15,626 nt of DNA from Candidatus Hodarchaeota archaeon (GTDB lineage Archaea; Asgardarchaeota; Heimdallarchaeia; Hodarchaeales; Hodarchaeaceae), in contig JAEOTQ010000113.1 of the NCBI GenBank assembly GCA_016839785.1, positions 1 through 15,626 on the forward strand. Direction: 5' to 3'. This document shows positions 1 to 7,586 of this stretch, piece by piece. How positions within the stretch are numbered: position 1 is the stretch's first letter; each line of letters opens with the position of its first letter. Made by a program: the position numbers and the translations under genes. Under the pieces are notes generated by a model. It searched no databases. It was given only the letters and a program-made list of their open reading frames with translations, and had not been told where the DNA came from.

Positions 1-231
1 ACCTTCGGATAAAGGTCGATTGGGTTTTTCTAGTTTGTCTATTTCGAGATCAAGGATATCATTAATAGTATTTGTACTCGCGGAAACTATGAAACCTGTT
101 CCACTTCCTAAAATTAAGATATCCCAGGAGGGAAATGTCTTAGTAACGCTAACAAACCCCAAAACAACTACCATTCCTATAATTGCGCTTGCTTTTAACC
201 TAGCAAGGTCTGTTATGGCACTGAGTTCCAT
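1..231 (-). CDS. UbiA-family prenyltransferase, DGGGP-synthase-like (N-terminal 77 aa, runs off the window edge)
   Basis: Manual translation from ATG at 231: MELSAITDLARLKASAIIGMVVVLGFVSVTKTFPSWDILILGSGTGFIVSASTNTINDILDLEIDKLEKPNRPLSEG. It contains the first Asp-rich UbiA motif NDxxDxxxD followed by KPNRPL. Not in the ORF track. Overlaps the end of the upstream gene by 19 nt. Confidence 0.9.
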   Translation of the reverse strand, partial: MELSAITDLARLKASAIIGMVVVLGFVSVTKTFPSWDILILGSGTGFIVSASTNTINDILDLEIDKLEKPNRPLSEG

Positions 232-1025
232 TCTCTAAACTTCTCTACATTGCTTCGTTTGTTTGAGTTTTTTTTTTCATTTCTTATATTATCTCGTGTA
301 TCACTATAATATTCTGTGATATATAGAATAATCACTAATCCTACCAATATTAGTTGAATAAACATAGGAACTATATCATAAATAAAAAATTTCGCTAGTA
401 ACAGGCATATATAGGCTAATTGGGCATATCCTGTTCCTAAATAGAAGTAAGAAGGGGTAAAATCATAATAAATCCATATTTTTAATTCAGTCCCTAGTAC
501 CTCAATAAATACAGCTCCACTGGCAGCTACTAACAGAAATAAAATATCATTTGAGAGTGCTAGGAACAGAATAGACACACCTGCTCGTAATAATGTCCAA
601 TAATTCCTTAGGGAAGTCTTGCCTCTTGTAAAAACAATGACTATCCATAATATGAATAATAATATGATGATAAACCAGCCAAAAATTTCAAGATTAGTCA
701 TAATGAATTCATAAAATCGGAAAATAAGTAACGTCATAATCCCCCATCCCCAAAAAATAGACAACGAGTACATACGGTCGTTATAGTGAGGGTACCACCA
801 TTTATGGGCATAAACTCCAACTATATCGGTTATTATCCCTAGAACAAGACCTAAACTAAATAGTAGCAAGCTGAAGTATAACTCCAAGCCTGTTTTATCA
901 ATAAACAGTAATAGCGTCCATGGAAGAATCCAAGCAATAGCGATTTTATCCTGTTTATATTTTTTCAGTATTAGGAACGCGATAGGTGTAGAAACGAAGA
1001 GAACTAATAAATCCTCAAGAATCAT
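213..1025 (-). CDS. Polytopic membrane protein with two internal [D/E]xxGxxxxxWxY repeats (lycopene-cyclase-domain/CruF/DUF2878-like motif)
   Basis: 270 aa, highly hydrophobic. D67-x2-G70-x5-W76-x-Y78...GWG and E175-x2-G178-x5-W184-x-Y186...GYA have identical spacing. The CDS is solid; the family is tentative. Confidence 0.6.
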   Translation of the reverse strand: MILEDLLVLFVSTPIAFLILKKYKQDKIAIAWILPWTLLLFIDKTGLELYFSLLLFSLGLVLGIITDIVGVYAHKWWYPHYNDRMYSLSIFWGWGIMTLLIFRFYEFIMTNLEIFGWFIIILLFILWIVIVFTRGKTSLRNYWTLLRAGVSILFLALSNDILFLLVAASGAVFIEVLGTELKIWIYYDFTPSYFYLGTGYAQLAYICLLLAKFFIYDIVPMFIQLILVGLVIILYITEYYSDTRDNIRNEKKNSNKRSNVEKFREWNSVP

Positions 1026-1047
1026 CAGTACACAGACCCGTAATTAG

Positions 1048-1083
1048 CTGATTTAGGCTGAAATTGAATGTATTATAAATCAG
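1048..1083 (-). promoter_or_regulatory. Candidate promoter/operator of the membrane protein-UbiA operon
   Basis: Perfect 8-bp inverted repeat CTGATTTA (1048-1055) / TAAATCAG (1076-1083). It overlaps a minus-strand TATA-like TTTATAAT (1079-1072) about 50 bp upstream of ATG 1025. Confidence 0.3.
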
Positions 1084-1191
1084 GATTTGAGGACATAAAT
1101 CTCTCTGAAATCTATACCCAATTAAAACGTTGTTAAACAGCAGAAAAAGAAGGAAATCCCTCCGATGAGGTTGATAATTATTTAAGAAAGA

Positions 1192-1296
1192 TAAAAACAA
1201 TTATAACTATGCCTCTTGGTCATGTCAAGAATTTGGTTACTACTTCAATGACTGGAATCTAGATTGAAGCTATTAGTAGAGCTTTGATTGTTTTTA
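1192..1296 (+). ncRNA. Candidate structured RNA (three-way junction) upstream of the EamA gene
   Basis: 12-bp closing stem 1192-1203/1285-1296 (one G-U). Inner arm TAACTA/TGGTTA encloses TCTTGG-TCATG-TCAAGA (1214-1230). Second arm CTTCAAT/ATTGAAG (1243-1249/1263-1269). Folded by eye only. Confidence 0.3.
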
Positions 1297-1338
1297 CCTA
1301 CAAATATGGTAAACATTTTCTAAACTAGGAGATACGTA

Positions 1339-1397
1339 TTTATGTTGAGTATTCTTTAGTTTGATACGCAGCATAAACAACATTTAGTTTTATGTTG
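1339..1397. repeat. Four copies of a CARCATWWA 9-mer in both orientations directly before the EamA start
   Basis: TTTATGTTG 1339-1347 (-), CAGCATAAA 1369-1377 (+), CAACATTTA 1378-1386 (+), TTTATGTTG 1389-1397 (-). Confidence 0.5.
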
Positions 1398-1407
1398 ATA
1401 AAAGAAT

Positions 1408-2334
1408 GTGGAATTAGTGAGTAGACCTTCAACAATATCTCACGGTGCAATGGCAATCGCCATTCTTGGTTGGGGATTGTCTACTACTTTCATAGAATTT
1501 GGTTTGGAATTCATTGGACCGTTCCCATTTTTATTTTATCGATTCGGACTTGCTACCATTACATTAACTCCTCTGGTAATTCTCTTCCGTCTCTCGGAAT
1601 TTCTTGAATTAATTAGAAATAAATGGACTTGGGTAATTGGCATTTCTGAATCCTTAGGTTTGATTTTCCAGTATTTAGGTCAAGAACGTGGGGTAACAGC
1701 AGGACTAGCTGCATTACTGTCGTTAAGTTTCATAGTTATTGTCCCTTTTATTTCACCGTTCATTCTACATGAGAAATTGGGAAGAAATCACTTAATTGCA
1801 ATGTCAATTGCCTTTATTGGGGTGATATTCATATCAAGTGAAGGGAATTTGTATAATCTAGCAAGTAGTTCGATTCTAGGTATAATCTTTCTTCTGGGTA
1901 CAGCAGTTGGCTATGCATTTTACATCATATCAACCTCTAGATTAACAACAATAGAAAAACCAAATGTAGATACCTTTACTTTATTTTACAGTGTTTTACT
2001 GATCATAGCGCTCTCAAGTCTAGTTGCATCTCTCACTTTCAGTAAGCTAACTTCTATCCCAAGAGAGAGTATTCAATGGATTATTTTGCTGATAATCTTT
2101 TCTACTCTGATCGCGTTTTTTGCTTATTTCAGAGCATTGCAGGAAATTTCAGCTAATGTTGCTTCAGTATTACTCCCTCTACAAGTTTTAGTACCATTTG
2201 TTATTGATTTTTTTCTTCTAGACAGGATATATTCTTTGTGGATTCTCACAGGTTCTTTTTTGATAATAATAGCAATGATTATTGTAGTAATTCAGCCCTA
2301 CCTCGAATCACCAAAAACGGAACTTCATTCCTAG
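1408..2334 (+). CDS. EamA/DMT family transporter
   Basis: 308 aa, about 10 TM helices in two repeats. Typical segments: WGLSTTFIEFGL, PFPFLFYRFGLA, TAGLAALL, ILHEKL, STLIAFFAYFRALQEISA. GTG start. Confidence 0.9.
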   Translation: MELVSRPSTISHGAMAIAILGWGLSTTFIEFGLEFIGPFPFLFYRFGLATITLTPLVILFRLSEFLELIRNKWTWVIGISESLGLIFQYLGQERGVTAGLAALLSLSFIVIVPFISPFILHEKLGRNHLIAMSIAFIGVIFISSEGNLYNLASSSILGIIFLLGTAVGYAFYIISTSRLTTIEKPNVDTFTLFYSVLLIIALSSLVASLTFSKLTSIPRESIQWIILLIIFSTLIAFFAYFRALQEISANVASVLLPLQVLVPFVIDFFLLDRIYSLWILTGSFLIIIAMIIVVIQPYLESPKTELHS

Positions 2335-2368
2335 GTTTTGCATCTCCCTTCAATAATTACACTCAATA

Positions 2369-3400
2369 TTATAAATTTAAAAATGATTTTAAAAGGTCTA
2401 TCGCTTTTTCTTCCATTTTGAGGATTTTAATGAGAACTAATTTACCCTCGTCTCTCATTTCAGGTGTCCATTCAACAGTGGATAAGTATCTTGGTTCTGG
2501 ATTTACGCTAGAATCGTAAGGTGGAATAAATGTCCGTCCCTTCTCCTTATCAACCCAATTGGGCATAGGGAAGTGAATCCAATTTTCACAGATATATTCA
2601 GAGATGGATTTGTATTTTTCTCTCACTTCAAGTAACTTTTTTCGTTGGTCGCCTGAAAATAAGTCCGCTATATTGAGTAGAAACATATGAGTTGCATGTC
2701 GTGCATCAAAAAGTAAATCATATAACCACCCATTGAGATGCCAATGACTTGCTAAATTATCTTTATGAGCCTCATCATCATTTATTTGGTCAATCCAGAA
2801 TTGAAATCCTGCACGACCATTGTGGTACTGATTATCAACGAAGGGAACCTCAAAACTTGCAACAACCTTCTGTAATTGTTCCAAAATAAGTTCTTTTTTT
2901 GATTTACTTTCACTTAGTTCTTCTAAGATATGAATAATCCATGGGAATTTCGTCATTGGAACATATTCAGCAGATTTATTGTCAAAGTAATCCCTGACGT
3001 AAAAAGTATCCCCTTCATATCCACAAATTATACCCCATTCGGGAACTTTCAGAAGGTCAATTCCAATGACTGGAAGACCAGAATCCAAGCTTTTCTTGAT
3101 TATATTCCTCGCTTCTGCTTTTTTAATACCTTTACCTTCATCTTCTGAAATCATATAGTCTTTTGTCCTAAAACCAAGATGTTGTGTGACAACTGATCTA
3201 TCGTACCAGTCACCAGACGAGGGGCACCATACCTTGGAGAACTGCATTCTGAATGCCGCTCCTGATATCCCCATTAACTCATAATAGTCTGTTTCTTTAT
3301 CTAATGTCTTCATAATATTGTTTATTGAAGCAATAAAGCTTGTTTCTCCGCTGATACCCCAACCAAGGGGAGGGATATCCTTTATGAGTACTTTTGACAT
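2369..3400 (-). CDS. Hypothetical protein with a BtrH-N/C39 papain-like N-terminal domain, probably degenerate
   Basis: ORF 2369..3460. The start is moved to ATG 3400 (MSKVLIKD), which follows a GAGG SD-like site. Pattern: DYYELMGISGAAFR, IKKSLDSGLPVI, WGIICGY, FYVRDYF, then a helical C-terminal region. Confidence 0.5.
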   Translation of the reverse strand: MSKVLIKDIPPLGWGISGETSFIASINNIMKTLDKETDYYELMGISGAAFRMQFSKVWCPSSGDWYDRSVVTQHLGFRTKDYMISEDEGKGIKKAEARNIIKKSLDSGLPVIGIDLLKVPEWGIICGYEGDTFYVRDYFDNKSAEYVPMTKFPWIIHILEELSESKSKKELILEQLQKVVASFEVPFVDNQYHNGRAGFQFWIDQINDDEAHKDNLASHWHLNGWLYDLLFDARHATHMFLLNIADLFSGDQRKKLLEVREKYKSISEYICENWIHFPMPNWVDKEKGRTFIPPYDSSVNPEPRYLSTVEWTPEMRDEGKLVLIKILKMEEKAIDLLKSFLNL

Positions 3401-3462
3401 GTGTTTGATCCTCAAAATGAATTGACGTATGAGATTAAAATTATTTTTCAAGATCCTCAATT

Positions 3463-4716
3463 TTATCGAGCGATGATTTTTCTTAAATACAGTAAGAAAA
3501 GCAGAGCGAGGAATGAAAAGAGACTAGCGAAGAGGAAGATAGGTAAATAGCTTCCAGGTTCAAGAACTCGTATAATACCTACCAAAATAGGTCCTAATGC
3601 ACCAACTAAATTTGCGATCAACATAACTAACCCAAATGCTTGACCTTTATACCTAGAATTCTTCGCTACAAGACTATTTGTACTTGGCCAGAAAATCGCA
3701 TTAACGATTCCATGAAAAATAAATGCGAGAAAAAGAATTGGTATTGAATCTACAATATAGATGATTAGGAGAATTCCCACAGTAAAGAATGCACCAAAGG
3801 AAAGTACTACATCCTCTCCATACATATCACCAAAATAACCCCCTAATAATTGTCCTGCAGAGCCTATCAAGGTTGAAACACCAATAAACAATGCAGCTTC
3901 TGTAACTTCTATTCCCTTCACTTCTGAAAGAAAAGGTGATAATATAAAGTATATCATACCCCTATTTAGCGACATTGCAATCATGAAAGCAAAAATTATG
4001 ATTAAAACAATATGAGAACTCTGGATATTCTTTTTTATTAGTTCTTTCCCATTATTAACGAATTCAGCTTTTTCTTCTATTACTAATCTATGATTTTTAG
4101 GTTCAAAGCGTCCAACAAATAACCAAAATACAATAGTAGTTATAACCAATGGAATAGTCCAAAAGAGATAAAGTTCCTGCCAATTAAAAGGTCCTAATAA
4201 AAAATAAACAGATATAGGTCCAAGAGATGCTCCTAAACCACCTCCAATTCCATGAAGTGCTAGTACTTGATTATATTTAGGGCTGAAAGTATGTGTAACA
4301 GGATCCTCGTACGCGGTTGTTACCCAAGACAAACCAGGTGGATGATACAATGATACTCCTAATCCTAGAAATGTCACCCCACAGAGCATAATGAGAAAGT
4401 AATGTCCCCAAAATCCAATAATAATTGTCCCTATTGTTGCTAGAATTAAACTGAAAGTCATCATCACCCCTCGACGATGATTATCTGCTAATTTACCGAA
4501 AAATGGTGAGGGTAATGCCGCTGAAAGTGTTCCAACAGTTCCTATTGTTCCTAATCCAAGCCATCCTATCGAACTTGATTCTTGAAACAGATCAGAACCA
4601 ACGAGTAATAAAATAACTGGAAAAATAAAGAATGGAATCTCTACTGAAGCGTGAATTATGAATGCAGCAATCAAGCTTATTCTAGGTGGAATTCTATCTT
4701 GTAATTCATAGTTCAC
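3463..4716 (-). CDS. MFS transporter
   Basis: About 12 TM helices, motif-A-like GKLADNHRR and GYFGDMYGE, and GLGVSLYHPPG. Probable start is GTG 4716 after GAGGGAG; the ORF-track start at 4779 overlaps the GTPase. Confidence 0.88.
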   Translation of the reverse strand: MNYELQDRIPPRISLIAAFIIHASVEIPFFIFPVILLLVGSDLFQESSSIGWLGLGTIGTVGTLSAALPSPFFGKLADNHRRGVMMTFSLILATIGTIIIGFWGHYFLIMLCGVTFLGLGVSLYHPPGLSWVTTAYEDPVTHTFSPKYNQVLALHGIGGGLGASLGPISVYFLLGPFNWQELYLFWTIPLVITTIVFWLFVGRFEPKNHRLVIEEKAEFVNNGKELIKKNIQSSHIVLIIIFAFMIAMSLNRGMIYFILSPFLSEVKGIEVTEAALFIGVSTLIGSAGQLLGGYFGDMYGEDVVLSFGAFFTVGILLIIYIVDSIPILFLAFIFHGIVNAIFWPSTNSLVAKNSRYKGQAFGLVMLIANLVGALGPILVGIIRVLEPGSYLPIFLFASLFSFLALLFLLYLRKIIAR

Positions 4717-4765
4717 TTGAGACTCCCTCAAAATTTTGCAGTAAATCCTAAAATGAACGTGGAGA

Positions 4766-5347
4766 TCATGAATTCTCATAAGAGATGTGAGTCGTTTTCA
4801 CATCTGGTTGTTCACCTTTCTCGAGAGATTCTTGTGTGATTTCTTCAAAGAGCTGGAAAAATGCTTTTTCTACGTTTTCCCCATTTTTCGCTGAAGTCTG
4901 ATATGTTGGAACATCAGGATATTCTGAGCGGGGTAACTCGACCCGAAGTTCAGTCAAATCAGATTTGTTCCCTAATAAAATCATTGGAATAGGTCTTCTA
5001 ATATTATCTTTACACTCTTTCAACCAATTTTGCACATTTCGATAGGTTTGTGCATTAGTTAAATCGTAAATAATAATGGCTCCACTTGTGCCAGAGTAAA
5101 AACGTGAACGAAAGCGTTTAAAGTGAGTTTGGCCAGACATGTCCCATAAAACAAATCGAATTGGCTTTTTCGTCTTCTTTGTAATAGTATTGAACGGGGA
5201 TATATCAACACCGATAGTTGTTTTGTAAATACTGGAAAATTTCTTATGAATGAAACGATTCGCTAAGGATGTTTTTCCAGTACCTCCATCACCAATTAGG
5301 ATTACTTTTAGAGATTTACTTTCCGTAGATTTGGTCATTGGTATCAT
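4766..5347 (-). CDS. Ras-superfamily small GTPase (Rab/Ran-like)
   Basis: G1 GDGGTGKT, G2 TIGVD, G3 WDMSGQ, G4 NKSD, G5 TSAK. No C-terminal Cys prenylation motif. ATGA overlap with the upstream gene at 5344-5347. Confidence 0.95.
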   Translation of the reverse strand: MIPMTKSTESKSLKVILIGDGGTGKTSLANRFIHKKFSSIYKTTIGVDISPFNTITKKTKKPIRFVLWDMSGQTHFKRFRSRFYSGTSGAIIIYDLTNAQTYRNVQNWLKECKDNIRRPIPMILLGNKSDLTELRVELPRSEYPDVPTYQTSAKNGENVEKAFFQLFEEITQESLEKGEQPDVKTTHISYENS

Positions 5348-6045
5348 TTCCCAGCAAGAAGGCGATCAGCGAGTTCCAAAGACAGGTGATGTTTTTTTAT
5401 ACCTGCAATTGTCTGTGTAGGGTCATATGGTACGCGTATAAATTTGGTATTGAAAGATTCCATATCGAACAGGACATATGATGCACGATTATCCCCATCT
5501 CGTGGTTGACCTACCGATCCTGGATTCAATATTATTCGTTTATCCTGTTGTCTTATGAGCGGAATATGAGTGTGGCCTAAAAATAAGATATCGATCTCAA
5601 TTAATTCCATGAAATCAAAGGTAGATGAAATATCTTCTTCATCTTCAGGATATATATATTGGTCTAAGGGATATTCCGGACCTCCATGTATCATCATGGC
5701 TTTATGATTATCAAGATATAATGTATACATCAATGGTAAACCATGAAGTATTCTCCGCTCGTTAACAGTCAATCCCTGTGTAGTAAACTCAATCGGGAGT
5801 TGAGAAACATCACGATAATAGAGTGGAACATCTCCCAATGCTGCAGCTTGATCATGATTTCCTTTAATAACTAGATCACAACGAGCGAGGGCAAGATGAA
5901 TAGTAGGAACGGGTTCTGTATAATATCCAACGAGATCACCCAAACAGTAAATTCTATTTATTTTGTGTTTGTGAATATCCGTTAGTACGGCTCGAAAAGC
6001 ACTTAGATTTGCATGAACATCGGATATTACAGCGATAGTCGTCAT
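5344..6045 (-). CDS. Calcineurin-like metallophosphoesterase (YfcE/MJ0912-like)
   Basis: Motifs SDVHAN, LGDLVG, GNHD, HG, GHTH, NPGSVGQPRDG. Likely start is ATG 6045 (MTTIAVISD), although the frame is open to 6135. Confidence 0.92.
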   Translation of the reverse strand: MTTIAVISDVHANLSAFRAVLTDIHKHKINRIYCLGDLVGYYTEPVPTIHLALARCDLVIKGNHDQAAALGDVPLYYRDVSQLPIEFTTQGLTVNERRILHGLPLMYTLYLDNHKAMMIHGGPEYPLDQYIYPEDEEDISSTFDFMELIEIDILFLGHTHIPLIRQQDKRIILNPGSVGQPRDGDNRASYVLFDMESFNTKFIRVPYDPTQTIAGIKKHHLSLELADRLLAGK

Positions 6046-6173
6046 TCGAGCAGCCCTATTTCTTAATATACCAGAAAAATCCCCCAAGCAGAATACATAA
6101 CTAATTAGCTTCATATTTAAGAATATTATTTCCATTTCTGCATTGATCGTGAATATTAATAACTGTCAGATTA

Positions 6174-7586
6174 GTGCATCAAATGACTGAAATGAAGAAT
6201 CGCTATAGTAGTGTTGTGTTTTTCCTATTTTTAATTTTGAATTTTCATGCAATGGGAGTTTCAGACGGTGTTCTTACTCACTCTTCTTTAATAGCGTTTG
6301 ATCCCACGGAAATCTCCCTAGACAATACAGAATCAATCTATAATCAGTATTCACCTGATGGAAATGTCTCAATTTTAGTAGCTGTTGATAGTCATCTTGT
6401 TGGATCAGATAAATTCTTTTCAGATACTGATTATGCAAAAAATGTATTTAACGGTTGGCTTGTTCCATTTGAAAAACGTTTTAACATGAGTTTTCATGTT
6501 TTAAACGTCACAACCTTTACTCCAGGAGAAAATGATTCATTAGATGTAAGTATTGTCGAAGTCGCAGATTTTTTATCTTGGAATTTTGCAGATGATTACG
6601 ATGATCCTACTGTAGATGGAAATATGTACGATTTTCTAATTATCTACCAGGAGGAGTATCGAGGCGGACGAAATCGTGCCAACTCTGTTAAAGGAAATGC
6701 TTTGATTATCGCTCATAATCAACCTTTAAGCTGGACAACAAGACAATTAATTCTCCTACATGAGGTTGGTCATATTTTCGGAGGTGAGCACTATAATGAA
6801 GGTATCATTCCTCCCGAATGGTTTGGCTCTGCGGACCTCAGCATCATGTCATATGAAAATTTGTCCTACATGAGTATTTTTGGGTGGAATAGAGAAATAA
6901 TGCCCATGGATGACCATAATTTTGCGATTATTAACGCCTCTAAATACCGATTCGATAAAAATGATGCAGATGTTGACTCCCTTCCTAACTACTATGAATT
7001 CAGGTATGGAATGGATCCTACAAGCGATGATACACTTCAGGATCTTGAGGATGATGGAGTAACAAATTTAGATGAATATATTTATGGAACTCATCCCTTG
7101 GTAAGCGATACAGATGGAGATCTATTCTCAGATTGGGCAGAAATCTTATTTGAATCTTCACCGTTAAATTTGTCAGATTTACCAACTATAAACGAACCAG
7201 TCATTTTTCCACAGTCAGAAGATCAGACTATATTGGAAGATCAGTCAATTAATCTAAGATGGCGAGCAGTGGCGCAGATTAAGGATTCCTATGCCATTTA
7301 CACAAACGATTCCCTCACTAAACAGACAGATTGGGACAAGGAATTAATCCAATATACCTTTGAACCAGAAACAAAAGGTAACTGGCAAATAACTTGCAAA
7401 GTTATGGATGATCAAGGACATTCAGCTCAATCAAGTGTATGGATAGAGGTCATAACCGAAGGCGGACCAAGTATTATCCCCTATATGTTCCCTTGGTTTA
7501 GTCTATTAACATTAATGATCATAATTAGGATAAGATCAACTAAAAAGTGGAAAGATATTCATGTAAAGGATTACTCATTGAGATAA
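6174..7586 (+). CDS. Secreted, membrane-anchored metzincin (M12/reprolysin-like) zinc protease with TSP3-like Ca-binding repeats and an Ig-like domain
   Basis: N-terminal hydrophobic signal; HEVGHIFGGEH zinc motif (6759-6791); Met-turn SIMSY; three DxDxD repeats; beta-rich segment; C-terminal TM helix with a basic tail. The true start may be ATG 6183 or 6192. Confidence 0.85.
   Translation: MHQMTEMKNRYSSVVFFLFLILNFHAMGVSDGVLTHSSLIAFDPTEISLDNTESIYNQYSPDGNVSILVAVDSHLVGSDKFFSDTDYAKNVFNGWLVPFEKRFNMSFHVLNVTTFTPGENDSLDVSIVEVADFLSWNFADDYDDPTVDGNMYDFLIIYQEEYRGGRNRANSVKGNALIIAHNQPLSWTTRQLILLHEVGHIFGGEHYNEGIIPPEWFGSADLSIMSYENLSYMSIFGWNREIMPMDDHNFAIINASKYRFDKNDADVDSLPNYYEFRYGMDPTSDDTLQDLEDDGVTNLDEYIYGTHPLVSDTDGDLFSDWAEILFESSPLNLSDLPTINEPVIFPQSEDQTILEDQSINLRWRAVAQIKDSYAIYTNDSLTKQTDWDKELIQYTFEPETKGNWQITCKVMDDQGHSAQSSVWIEVITEGGPSIIPYMFPWFSLLTLMIIIRIRSTKKWKDIHVKDYSLR
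6963..7163 (+). repeat. Three protein-level thrombospondin type 3-like Ca-binding repeats
   Basis: DADVDSLPNYYEFRYGMDP / DLEDDGVTNLDEYIYGTHP / DTDGDLFSDWAEILFESSP. Confidence 0.8.

Noticed and set aside
20-238. 72-aa + strand ORF
   Set aside because: Antisense shadow of the UbiA gene.
231-277. A10 run containing the slippery heptamer A AAA AAC, which could -1 frameshift the membrane protein into the UbiA frame
   Set aside because: The -1 frame is the UbiA frame, but it meets TAG at 237-235 just before ATG 231, so no fusion results.
1015-1200. 61-aa - strand ORF
   Set aside because: No motif, crosses the probable promoter, no clear SD site; likely spurious.
3406-3460. Repeated GATCCTCAA (3407 and 3452)
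   Set aside because: It is the reverse complement of the SD-like TTGAGGATC, with only two short copies; not an array.
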